A program made the position numbers and the translations under genes. From contig JAYWIR010000031.1 of the NCBI GenBank assembly GCA_036172245.1, positions 1,550,001 to 1,614,000 on the forward strand: a DNA stretch of 64,000 bases. Reading direction: 5' to 3'. Shown piece by piece: positions 11,621 through 22,966 of the stretch (position 1 is its first letter; each line of letters begins with the position of its first letter). The DNA is from Raillietiella orientalis. Its lineage: Eukaryota. Below the pieces are notes generated by a model, which saw only the letters and a program-made list of their open reading frames with translations, had not been told where the DNA came from and made no database searches.

Positions 11621-12199
11621 GTCTGCGCTGCGTCTTCTGTGGCTGCTTCTTGCAACAACTGGAAGGCACTTTGTTTAGCATGCTGGTAGGAAGGCGCGAG
11701 GACAGGGAGGCGTGATGGGTGGAAGGGAGAAATGCCTGTCGCGAACCCGATCGTTGTGGCGATGCTTTCGTAGAGAGAAACTGGCACTTGCGAAAATGGG
11801 CGTGGTTGCGGTCACTTTCCAGAAGATGCCGTTCGCGTTCGGCTTTCCGTAGGATGTTGAGTGTGGAAATGTACTGCAAAGGTATTCGGATCAACGATTC
11901 GAGCGCATAGGGTGCTGTCTTGTATTCGAAAGAGGCGATCAAGACTGTTGACGTCAACGAGGGGAACTCAAAAAGCTATTTCGACGAAACACAGAGCTTA
12001 AAATACTATTCTGTGGCTCATGGTTGCTCTATTTGGCAGAGCATCAGCGGAAACCGCCTATTCAAAAGTATCCGTCCTCAACTCTTCAACTCGGGTTTAC
12101 TGTCCAAGTGCCCTTTGTTCGCGTCTCCAAGCGCATGCCCAGAAGAAGCTTGCAGGGACCAACCAGAAATTCAGAACCTTCGCTCGTACGGAAGAAAGT

Positions 12200-12530
12200 A
12201 GAAAACCGACTTCAAAGTTCAGCCCGGTTAATCGTGCATAACTTTCAAAGAATCTCCTAAACAGAGAAGTTCAGCGGATACTTTGTAACCAAAGTCTTCC
12301 CAACGTTCGAGGGCAGCACTGCAGCTGAACTTTGGCATGTCTGCAAGGATTGCCAATGAATGAAGCGTTCCTTGCCATCCGTAGACAATAGGGCGTACAA
12401 TTAATCGTCTTCTGCATGAATTGGGGCCGACCAAACGCTGGTAAAAGTAGTGAGCTCCTGGATACCTGTTGAAAACGGAAAGATCTTGCGAGTGCAGAAG
12501 AGCGACAGGATACTGGAAATTCCCTACCAC
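12200..12530 (-). mobile_element. possible C-terminal relic of a restriction-like-endonuclease non-LTR retroelement
   Basis: LIVRPIVYGWQGTL loosely resembles the 'V-x-P-I-V-x-G-x-x-G' motif near the end of R2/NeSL-type ORFs. Nothing else supports it. Confidence 0.2.
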
Positions 12531-14949
12531 CGTGCGAATTCCTGATCCACCGTTCGAAGGTGCACCATTAGGAACAGAGGGCAGAGCCGACGATGTTCTG
12601 CCAAAACTGCCGTGCTACAACGCGTACAGAAAACCTGTGCGAAGCCAAAACTCATTCCCCTGTCGTGTTAGCAGTCTTGCAGCGATCTCTCCAAAAGTCC
12701 AATTACTTTCGCAAGCTCGAGGATGCTGCTGGACCAGGATGGGTATGAGCCGAAAAACCCGACGAACGCTGCACGTGTAGCCAAGACAGCGGGCTGACCA
12801 TCGGCAGAAGGAAACGCATTGCGAAACGCTGCGAGCACTTCTGGAGGGAGCCGCCCGCGGGCAGTTCCAGAAGGGAAGACCACGGTCAGGTTGCACGAAT
12901 GCGACGCACGAAGCGGCACGCAAGCGTACCGCGTCGTTATCCTCCGATCCTCCTAACTTCCACCGGTCGCAAAAAAAAAAAAGAAAAAACAGAAATCGAG
13001 AAAACTCACCACGAGCCTGGGGGTGCGGCCAACAGTCGTGCGAAAAAGTTCCAGCTTTAATCACTGTCACAAACGAGAGTTTTATCACTGTGTCATTGGG
13101 GGATAAGAGCAGCGTCGCCCCAGAGTTCCTCGGCGCTCATGGGAACGCTTCGCAAATGGCAGCGAATCTACAAATGTGGGTAGGCGGCTGGGGGCAGGAA
13201 GGAGTCGCGTAACTTATTCTGCTGCGACGAGCCAATCTTTGAGCAGCTGCCACCCAAGTCAGGACTTGTTTCACGTGTCAGGGGCCAAGTGCTGTTGGGT
13301 TCTCTGCCTTGGCGTTTGGTCAGGGGGCCGAAGAGTGGGATTTTCGGGTTGGCAGGAGAGCGTACGGCTGGCGCCTTTCTTGCGGCCGGATTCCCAGAGC
13401 CTCGACGTCCTCGGCGGACGGACATTGGCAGGCTCTGCTTGAGCACTGGCCCGACGGTGGCGGAAGGATGCGCCAGCGTACGGTTGGCCGGTCGGTGGGT
13501 CGCGTTGCCGCGCAGAGAAGAGAGACTGGTCACTCGATCGGGTCGCCTTGGTTCTTGCATCTGCCTGCGCATGAGAGGGCCGCAGATGCGGCAGAGCAGC
13601 GGGAGGGTCAGGGGAACGGGCAGTTAGTTGGTGGGACCGGAGGAACGCTTCGGACGCTCACCTTCCGCAAGACCCTCTTCTTTCGCCGTGGACCTGTCCT
13701 TGGCGAGCGGGCAGGTCGGTGGCGCGTTCTGCCGGGACACGTTCCCGGTGACCAGGGCTCGTGGGACGCCTTGCGAGAACGCTCGTGACCCACCGCGACG
13801 AGACCGCTCCCGTTCCGTCCGGTGTTTTCCGGAGGGGGAGCGTACGTCGCTTGAGCATCCGTCCGTCGATTTATCCAGGGGTGTTTCCGTCGGGTCGTTG
13901 GGGTGAAGAAGGGTGGACCGGTGTCGCGTGCTTCGGAGAGTGGACGGCGGGGCGCAGCCAGTAACCCGCACCACGTGCGCCAAGTGGTCGTTGCGGGTGG
14001 GGTGGGAAGAAGTGCGTTGACGGACGCGGTGGTGGACAGGGTCGCGTCCAAGGTCCTTCGGAAGTGCCGCTGCCGCGAAACGCCTGGGTCCTCCGGAAGA
14101 CGGCGACCTGCAAAAAGGCGCTCTCTGGCTCGACCAGCACGCTCCGGACTTGTCGTTCTGGCCGGAGCGGTCGCCGGTGGCCACGCCCGGCACGTGAAGC
14201 GCTCGATGCACTGCTCGGGGGGGCTGTGCTGCTCGCTCGCCCGCTGGCGGTTGACGCGCTGAGAGGACATCGAGGCCGGGAGAAAATGGCGGCTCCGTGG
14301 GAGTCCTGGAAGAGTTGCCGCCGCGGTCTTCCGGGCGCAGATCTTTTCTTTCGTTTCTATTCTGGTTCTTTACCTTCCGCGCTCGCGAAGCCGCTGATCT
14401 AAGCGGTGCCCGGGAAACGGGGTGATGTTTTGAAGAAGAATTTGGAAGGGAGAGGACGCGTTGCCATTGCAGCACAGCTGCTTTCCTTCGGTGTTCTCAT
14501 CTTTGATTGGCTTTCTCTGTCTTCCGGAAGCATGTTTTCCTCTTGGTGAGGCTTGGGGGTGGATGGAGTGGCAAGATGTCAATTGGAAGTCTGGAGCGCT
14601 CGTGGTAGTTTTGTGGTTTGCGTAGCCGGAACTTCAGCTTCGCTCTAGCGAGAGGATATTCGTTGGTTCTTTCTTTCAACCGCCTTTGTCTTTCTCCCGT
14701 GCGTTTTTGAAGCTGTGTTGCTGGAGAAGAAAATTTCCTTTTTTGTTGTTGTCTGTACAGGAAACGAGGGATGGAATTCGCCTTCAGGTTTTGGACCTGA
14801 AGTTGGGAACGGTAAAAGCAAGAGAGATGTTCCTCCCATCGTTATTGAGAGCTGCCAGAAGATGCCTATTCATCTTTGCTTTGCGAAATCTTCTTAGCAT
14901 CGTGAAAGCATGTGTAGAAGGGCGCACCCGGTTGAGTTCCTCATGGGTG

Positions 14950-17700
14950 TGCATTTTCTACCTGTTTACGAGTGCTTAAACAGAAAAGGTTGAAGCGCGG
15001 AACAGAAGTCTCCTGGGAACGGAATGACTATCTTGTCAACGGGAAGTGGAGCAGACCGTGTTTGCAGAGGGGGCAGCGCTTGCTCCGCTCGCCCGTGAAG
15101 TGTCCTGCTGGAGCTGCTCAGATCTGCGTTTGCACTGACGCCTTCAATCGACGTGTCGGAGTCGCTTTCTAGGTCGATCATCTCTGTGAAGCCAAACCTG
15201 GCAAATGCTTACGGGGTTGCGCTTCTGGGGACTCAGTACGGTGTGCTCTTGCAAATTCTGACGGAACTGGAAGACACTTTTCTGCTCGCCGAAAGTCGTC
15301 AGGAGCACTCGTGTTGCGTTCTTCCTCAGTTTCTCTTCTCTGACGATCCATCCTTGATTCGTGCTCAGGCTCAGGGGAACGAGGGGCGTGCAGCTTTCGG
15401 GGATCTGAGGCAGGTTCCCATCTGCAGCAGGGTGAGTGAGCGAGTTCTTCAGCGTGCACCTCTGTACATCCGTATACTCGGGTCGCCGCCCAGTGTATCC
15501 TAGCAGCATGCTCCTCCTCCTAGCAGCAGCTCATCGGTGGCAGCATGAATACTCGGAGAGTCGTCTAGATGTTTAGGGTTTCCCCATTCCGCTCTGACCT
15601 CTCGCAATGGCCCAACCACCACTTGGGGAGAGAGGAGGTTAACTCAGGTTTCCCAAAGGTAAAACTTCTGCTCCTTCGCGGATTTTCTTTTACCACAAAG
15701 TTCCTCTCTACAGGGGAAATTCCTTCGGAAGACATTTAGCACACTCCCATGCTTCCCAAAAACACCTTCCTGGAGATGCTCAGAGTGATCCGAACATTCA
15801 TGTTAATCACCACTAGGGGCTATTCCTACTCCTAGGAGCTTTATCCCATTCTTGAGCAACTTTCCGTTATTGAAGACTCGCGTATCGGTTTTTCCCATTC
15901 TCTGACGTCAACGAGAATCCTCGTATCGGGGCTTTTCGAATGCCTGTCGCGGGCATTTTGCAAGCATGGAGTGTTTACAAGTTCTCCCCTGCTCCATCAT
16001 CCTCTGTGGCCGCGTTTGCTCTCTTAAATTTTCGCCATGGCCTTTTGAAATCTGTTCTTCGCCCTCTGCCTATCCGGGCATCGAAAGTTTCCTTCCCAGC
16101 TCTTCTCTCCGTCGGATCCAGGTGATCTTCAACTTTTTCTAGCTCTCCGTCGTTAAGTGAGTTATCTCTTCTGCCGCGTCCCCATTGCTCTTCCCGTGAG
16201 CACTCTGCTCCCTGGTACGGCTCCCAGAATCCTCAAGAAACACGCGGACATGTACGGATGTGACTTCTCTTGCGATATGACTATCTGTGAGGCGACTGTG
16301 AGCCGCGGCTGCAAGCAAGAGGTGGTAACCCTTACGTAGGAAATGGGCATGCTGAGGAGGGTGTTGGTTGAGGGAGGAGACCGGTCAGGAGGCTCAGTCG
16401 CAGATGGGATGCTGGATGGTTTGTTGTTAGGAGAATCTCCATCGCAGTAGGCCATCCGAGGTCAAACGCTTAAAAAAGTCACCGCTCGCAGATTTTCCAC
16501 CCTCATCGCTTCCTGTGAGCCACACACCGACTCCTGAGCGTCCCTACATATCGCTGCGATGGCAGGACTGCGTACAGGGTTGCCAGATGCGAATCGTAGA
16601 GGATCTTTTGTCAGGAGATCGCTGACTAGTCGTGCTCCTTTATTGAGGAGCAATTCTTCGACTCGTCGGCTGCAGAGAACTACTCTGGCAAGCTTAGCCT
16701 CCTCCCTCGACAGAGGAGAGATGCAAGAGAAAGGGATGTCCTCCTCCGGTATACTCCAGCAGTGCTGCTTCTACTTGCACACTTGAGATTTCTTTAATCA
16801 TCCCTCGTTTGGGCTCCTTCAACAAGGAGCCAAAGCGGCTACCAGTCGAGCACTCCAGCGCCAAGGAGACAAGAGGAACAGTCAAACTCATTGAGGAACT
16901 GGAGGTTTTGAAGCAGAAGGACGAGTGCACATCCTCACAGATCAAGGATTGATCCCCCTTGCAGTGCAGACTGTCGTAGATTTGAAACATCATGAGCGCT
17001 CGTGGTACTGTTCCATTTATACTCCGAGAATTCAGCAAACAGAAACAGCAGGTGGAATGACCCTTGTCTGCGAGCACTAGCAGTCAGTAACAGCAGCGGA
17101 AGACATTATCTCTGATGCTCTTGGGAGTCTCGCGGAACGAGGCCAAGAGTTTCCTGGTGACTTGATGGCTGAACACGCGAATCCTCACAACAGGAGCTTC
17201 GCCTGTTAGCAAGGTATAGGCTCCTGGGGAAGCAGCTGGTAAAGATGAGGCTGCTCATGGAAAGTATCACTAAGAACTAAGGAGAAAGCCAGAAAACGGC
17301 TACTCCCTTCCAGCTGCTGCTGCTGCCGCGCCGCCTCCGGCTTCTGTCGGACAATCCCCACGAGATCGTTGTACCGCTGGAGGCACTCGGCTATTCGCAT
17401 CCATCGAGCCTGCACCAATGGGGAAAACCTCTTAAGCGCGTGCTCCAGACGTCGTTGCTCCTCCAGCGTCCATGGTCTCTCCCTTCCGGATGTGGTATCC
17501 AGGGTTGCCCTCTTCTGAACGATGATGCCAAGCTGAACTTACCTGCGAAGGAACGCAGCAGAGAATAGTTTGCGGCCCTTGGGCTGTGGCGTTTCGTAGT
17601 TCGAATTCCAAGTGATTCTATTCGTGAGTGATTTCTATCCATCTCTCTCATCAGTTGAGTTGGGCGCTTGTCCCTGCTCATTATCCACCCTTTTTATGTG
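14950..17700 (-). mobile_element. heavily decayed APE-type non-LTR retrotransposon (ORF1 and endonuclease region)
   Basis: Degenerate endonuclease-like motifs in the expected order across shifted frames: LLNSRSING (~17030), LATLYA (~16570), DGDSPN (~16440), SRLTD (~16290). Many stops and frameshifts. Confidence 0.33.
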
Positions 17701-17809
17701 ATCTACTCATCCGTATGCTATCTTCTTGACTGTGGGTCTGCTGCTCGCAGCGTGAAAGTTTAGGAAGTGCCTCGTTGCTCTCACGGAGTCTTCAAACGGC
17801 CGAAAAGTG

Positions 17810-18300
17810 TTAACCCTTCGGGTGCGAAGCTCATCGGACTGAAACGTTGTGTGTTGGTGGCGCGCGAGTCGCAGTTTGGGCGGAGTGCTTTTTCGCGTAC
17901 CGCGTACTCCATCGAGGTGTACCGAGTGACTTTGTAAAGTGCTGATTAAAGTTACTATTGTTTATTTACATCACATTAAATAGAATATTTTCCTTTTTCT
18001 TAAACACAATATTATTTATTTACAAATTATAATTCCAAGGAATGAGTAATCTATTCCCGTTTTCATGACATCACAAAGGTGGAAAACATTTCCTTGACCG
18101 TGGTTTCCCACAGGCAGAACTCTGAGAAATTCGGATTCGCAGCTTCAGCAGCGCAGCCGATGGAGTCAAGTGTGCCGGATTGGAATTCACGAAATGCCGC
18201 TGAGTATTCTGGAGCGTCAGGCTGGTTGTCATCATCCAGCTTCATCGTGCGATGCTTGATCAGCCGGTTGTGATAATGGATTCCCTTTACGTAATCACCA
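17810..18300 (-). mobile_element. possible piggyBac-like transposon end
   Basis: TTAA followed by CCCTT at 17810, the canonical piggyBac target plus TIR start. Inward lie an AT-rich 3'-UTR-like tract (17940-18060, AATAAA on -) and a degenerate Cys-containing C-terminus SACGKPRSRKCF* (~18070-18120). No matching opposite end was found. Confidence 0.3.
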
Positions 18301-21300
18301 CGACAGTGCTACTCGAGTTCCTTAGCGTGATAGGGCGAGCAGGATCATCCCCAGCAATGAAAAGTGTCCCCCTCGGGAAAGATACCGTGGAATTCCAAGA
18401 ACACGTGCAAGGTGAGCCCGTGCGAGCAAAAAAAAAAAAAAAACTGCACAAATTGCCTCCCATTCATTGCCGCCCCGATTTCACAAGATGAGGAGCTGTT
18501 GAGTCGAGCAACTCTTCTTGGAGAAGGAGACGCGATGGGCTGGACACACACCAAGAGGAGGAAAAGAAGCGCTTGAAGGCATTTCTCATCATGGAATGGA
18601 GGGCGCCGTCCCAGGGGTGCACGTGTGGTTAGGAGCAGAGTTCGTTTTGCCCAATGTCACCCTGACTGAGATCGCAACCTGTGTGGATCTGATCCCTGTT
18701 TCCGACCGGAGCGAGATGGCGTTCGCAAGAGGCGTCTGACCTCGTGCCGGCACGTTCCATTTTCCATGGAGCACCATGTCAGAGCGATGCAACTCTTCTT
18801 CCAACACCATGTAAAGGACGTGCGTGTTGTTTGGGTTCGCGACACAGGGATCCTTACTCGTGTATACCTTTTAGCTCGGCCGTGTGATGCTGCTGCTCCT
18901 CGGCGCGTGTACCATTCTCTGAACAGCAGAAGGGACACGGCCAAGCTCGCAAAAAGGAGCGCTTCCGAAAGCAGAGCCAGGGAACGCGTCTCAAGGTCGC
19001 AGAAATGGTTCTTCTCTTGACCGGGCCCGGGAAATCAGCCCTCCTTTCGAGGAAAGGGAGACGTGTATTTCATCAAAGATGAGCACATGAGCATTTCTTC
19101 ATATTATTCTTTCTCTCGCTCCTGGGTGAACGCCCACCACCAATAAAATGGCGAACGCTTCACTCGGATGTCATGGAACTTTCCCATAAGGTAAACCTGG
19201 GACACGCACGTGATACGCGGAATGGCATCACAAGTTTCACAAGGACACACGATGCACGCAGCTGCCGTGTGGTCCCTGCGCCTAATCTCTTTCTTCGAGG
19301 GGGGGTGGGAAAAGAAAAACAAAAACAAATATTGGATAAGCACTTTTGCGTGAAAAGCTTTCGCATTCAGCCATTCTTCAGCGACGTGCCAACTCCGCAA
19401 ACGCACTCTTTCCGCGATACGAAGGAATGACGAACGCACCCATAGTTCAATTTTTCTAGACCACCAGCATTTAGGAAATGCTCCGCAGGAAGAAAGGCGA
19501 TCATTTTCACCGGCGCTTCCACCGCATGAAGAGAACCGGTAACTTTCGAATAGAAGGTGAAAGTTTTCACTTTACTCCAGTTTCAGTGGTGGGTGACAGT
19601 AGCTCCGAGGAAACTGCGAGAAAAAAAAAAAAAAGGAGCCCTCCTCCAAAAATGCTTCTGGTACTTTTACTGTCACCCGAGACCGTTAAAGCGACGCTGA
19701 CGGATGTGATGACCGGGAGCAAATAGGGCGGACGCGAACCATTAAGACATGCAGGCGGAGGCATTCCGAGGTGGTGCGACCTCTGGACGCTCACAGCAGT
19801 GGCCAGAAACCACTCGTTTTTCTCCGGCGGCGGGGCTGATCGATTTTCCGTGGCTTCACTGAGTGATGATCCAGAATTCCGCTCCACTCTGCGCGCCCTC
19901 CCGCGGCTGCAAGCGCCCCCCTTTTGCCTCCCGAGCGGCGGCGGAAACGCGTGCCCCGCCCGACGAGCGTCGACGAGAGTGGTCATTCCTTCCGCGGCAT
20001 TCCATTAATTGGGGGGCTCCGAGTGGGGGGTGCCTGGCGGAAGTTCCGGGCACCGTCAGCGCGCCGAAGCGCCTCGCACACTCGAATCTTCGGAAAGTCT
20101 TCGATCTCGGGTTCCCGGAGCACTGGTGCGGCAGCAGCCCCATCGCCTCGCAGGTGAGGCTGGTTGTGAAACCGACGGTGGTTAAAATGTAGGGCAGTCG
20201 CGGAGCGTGGTGCTGCGAATAAAGGAAGTGAGAGGTGGTATGCGCCGAGGGAAGAGCCGCCGCTGTCGCACGCTCCTGGCGCGAGTGGCCATACTGCAGT
20301 TTCACGGTTCCCGCGGTTCGTTCCAGCCATTCACGGATTCTCAGATAGTCGCGCGGAGCGGCACGCGGCGCGAAAGGGACCGCAAACCCCCCTCCGCCTC
20401 GCGTGGGTTTGCTCGTTGCGGCTGCAGGACGATTTGCAGGGATGGCACCCTTTGCGAGGGTGAGAAGTGGACCGGTCGAGAGAGAGAGAGAGAGACGCAG
20501 TTCGTTGCTTCGGAAGGAGACGTGCGGCTTTCCGTGGAGGCATCTTAGGGTGAAGGCGAAGCGGATGAGCGGAAGGATGGGGAAGGAGGGATTCCTCCCT
20601 TCGGTCGCGACGCCAGGGGTGACAAAACACCGTCGCCGGAACACGTGTGACAAAAGGGTGGTGGCTCGCTGCCGTTTGGGACTGCGCTCATGGAAGAAAG
20701 TCCCCACAGTCGAGGGCATTTCGCAGATAGGGAAATCTGGGTCAATGCGAACGTTCGCTCGGAATGGCCGCTCGCGCCAGGGGCTCTCCGGCTTATAAAG
20801 AGCGAAACGCACGAGCGGGAAACCCAGTCGACCTTCCCTGGAACGGTGGAACAGGATCGGAAGCCAGCGCAGGCTCCGTCTCCCCGCTACTCCGCGCGGA
20901 ATTTCGGCTTATCCTTGCCGCGGGACTGCTCCTGCGCATGGATCGTCGCCACTTACGAGAGAGCGCGGGTCAAATGCCGGCAGAGCCACCGCAGGAACAC
21001 TCGTGACCAAAAGAGAGCCGCGCCCGGAGTCACCTCCCTTTCGCTCGTGGGAGGACGAGGACTTCGTTCCCGATGGCGAACAGCGGGAAGAACGGACGAA
21101 GTTCGTTCCCCTCCCTCCCCTTCCTCTCCCTCTTCTTGATCCTAGTCGAAGGCTGCCTTTTGCTCTTCCCACAGAGGGACGCCGAGTGTGGGTCTCGGTC
21201 CCTGTCCGGTCGGCGCATGTCACGCGACCTACCTCGAGCAGAACGAAGGGAATCCATTCCAGAACCTGCATCCGACAACAGGAGAATGCGTCCATAAGGG

Positions 21301-21399
21301 AAGAACATCTTCCTGCAGGGGGAAGGAGGAGGAGGGAAATGACCGATTGCTAAAGGAATCTGGCATCATCAGAGAGAGAGATGGAAACAACCAAGGAGA

Positions 21400-22966
21400 C
21401 AGATGGAGAAGCTCTCTACTCCATCCAGGAAGTGGCTGGGTTCCCGGCGTGTGTCACCAGGCGCTGCGGGTTCGAATACCCACGTCGAGGGTCGACGCCA
21501 AGAATCAGGGGGTGCAAGTCGTGGGTTTAGAGTTCTCCCCTGGCACTGGTGGAAGCCGGATGCCCCCGCTGACTGATGCCTGCAGGATTGGAAGTCGACC
21601 CTGCGGGGCCCCTTCCAGGACATCGAGGGGCTCTTCGGAGGTTTCCCTCCGGTTGCGAGATTGGAGCCTCCCATCGAGTTACCATGGATCTGGTCGATAT
21701 CCTCCCCTCGGGGGTCGTCTCTCCAGAGTGTTAGAAGCGCGCAGATCCTCCTACTAGGGACCCTTCTGGAGACAGTAAGGGGAAGGTTTCCCTTCGGGGT
21801 TTCCTCCCAAGCGTGAAAGGAAGGGACTCCTTCCTCTGGAGCCTTCCTGGATTCACAGGGTGGTCCCCTCCCGGGGCAAGGAGAGTTTATGGGGAGTAAC
21901 CCCATGAGGACCATCTGAAGAATCTCGGAAGGTTCCGGAAGAGTACGCATGGTAGGGAATCCAGGAAGGAACGTCTTCCTTATTCTCTCCAAAGAGGTCC
22001 CTCGAAGGAAGCCATTCCTCATTTCTTCCCCGGAGAGAAACCGCAAGGGAACCGCTCCTTGGTGAGAGAGCCTCGAAGGGACGCTTTGAAATTACTCCGA
22101 AGTGTCGCTTTCCGAAGAAGCAGAGCACTTCACCACACTCTGAAGAGTCTATCGATCCATCAGCTCCATGGTATGAGATGGAGAGTCTCCCTCCGAGGAT
22201 TTTCACGATCTCCCATTTTCACAACCGGAGATGAATCCTGGGGGACTCCTTGATTCTTGAAAGGACCTTGGAGGGTCAATTTCCAATCCTGGCCAGTCAG
22301 CAGGAGCATCCCGTTTCCGGTTTCCACCAGTGCCGCGACATCATTGGACACGGGTGTGTGTGGCTCCAAACTGTGCAAGATGCAGGGAGTGGGAATCCCT
22401 TCCGCACCTCCTAGTGGGCTGTGTTGTCCTCCGGCCCCTTTGGGGACGCTTTGCTGCAACCCTTGGAACCCCTGGTGGCAACCCCAGAGATGTCTTAGAG
22501 CGCTTCTTTCTGCGCGACGCTCTCACGCTGGCCGCATCCCCAGCATCACTTTGCTGCCCACCCTTCGGTGGCATGGAGCAACGCCAGAGGAGACCGGAAC
22601 GACAGGGACGCCATCTAATTTGCTGTCCTCTTCATGAGGACAGCGTCAAGGTGGCCTCATCTGGGAGTCTGGAAATGGGAACTTGCCGGTATCCTTACAA
22701 GGATGCAGAGGACATCCTCCAGCACCCAGTGATTCCTTCCCGAAATCCCCCTCCCCCATTTTTTGACTGTATGCTTTTAGTTTTATTTTTATTTTTGTTT
22801 GTTTGTCTCCCTCTCCCCTGTGCCGCCAAGGCGAATCCCGCCAGAATCCGCTGCCTGAGTGCCAGTTCCCAGAAGGTTCCGTCTCGTATCTATAAGTAAC
22901 GTGACAGGATCAAGACACAGATATATGTGTTTCTTTTTTATAAATAAACTCCCCGGCATGACCGGG
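21400..22966 (+). mobile_element. 5'-truncated Tx1/L1-clade non-LTR retrotransposon, copy A (3' part)
   Basis: HHWTRVCVAPNCARCREWESLPHLLVGC is a zf-RVT-type CCHC knuckle (~22335-22420). It is followed by a T-rich 3' UTR and terminal hairpin CCCGGcatgaCCGGG (22952-22966), and is clearly homologous to copy B. The 5' boundary is uncertain. Confidence 0.8.

Noticed and set aside
19100..19570. Possible small minus-strand exons (HFLNAGGLEKLNYG; VYLMGKFHDIRVKRSPFYWWWAF)
   Set aside because: Weak acceptor, no start exon and no recognisable product in any joined frame.
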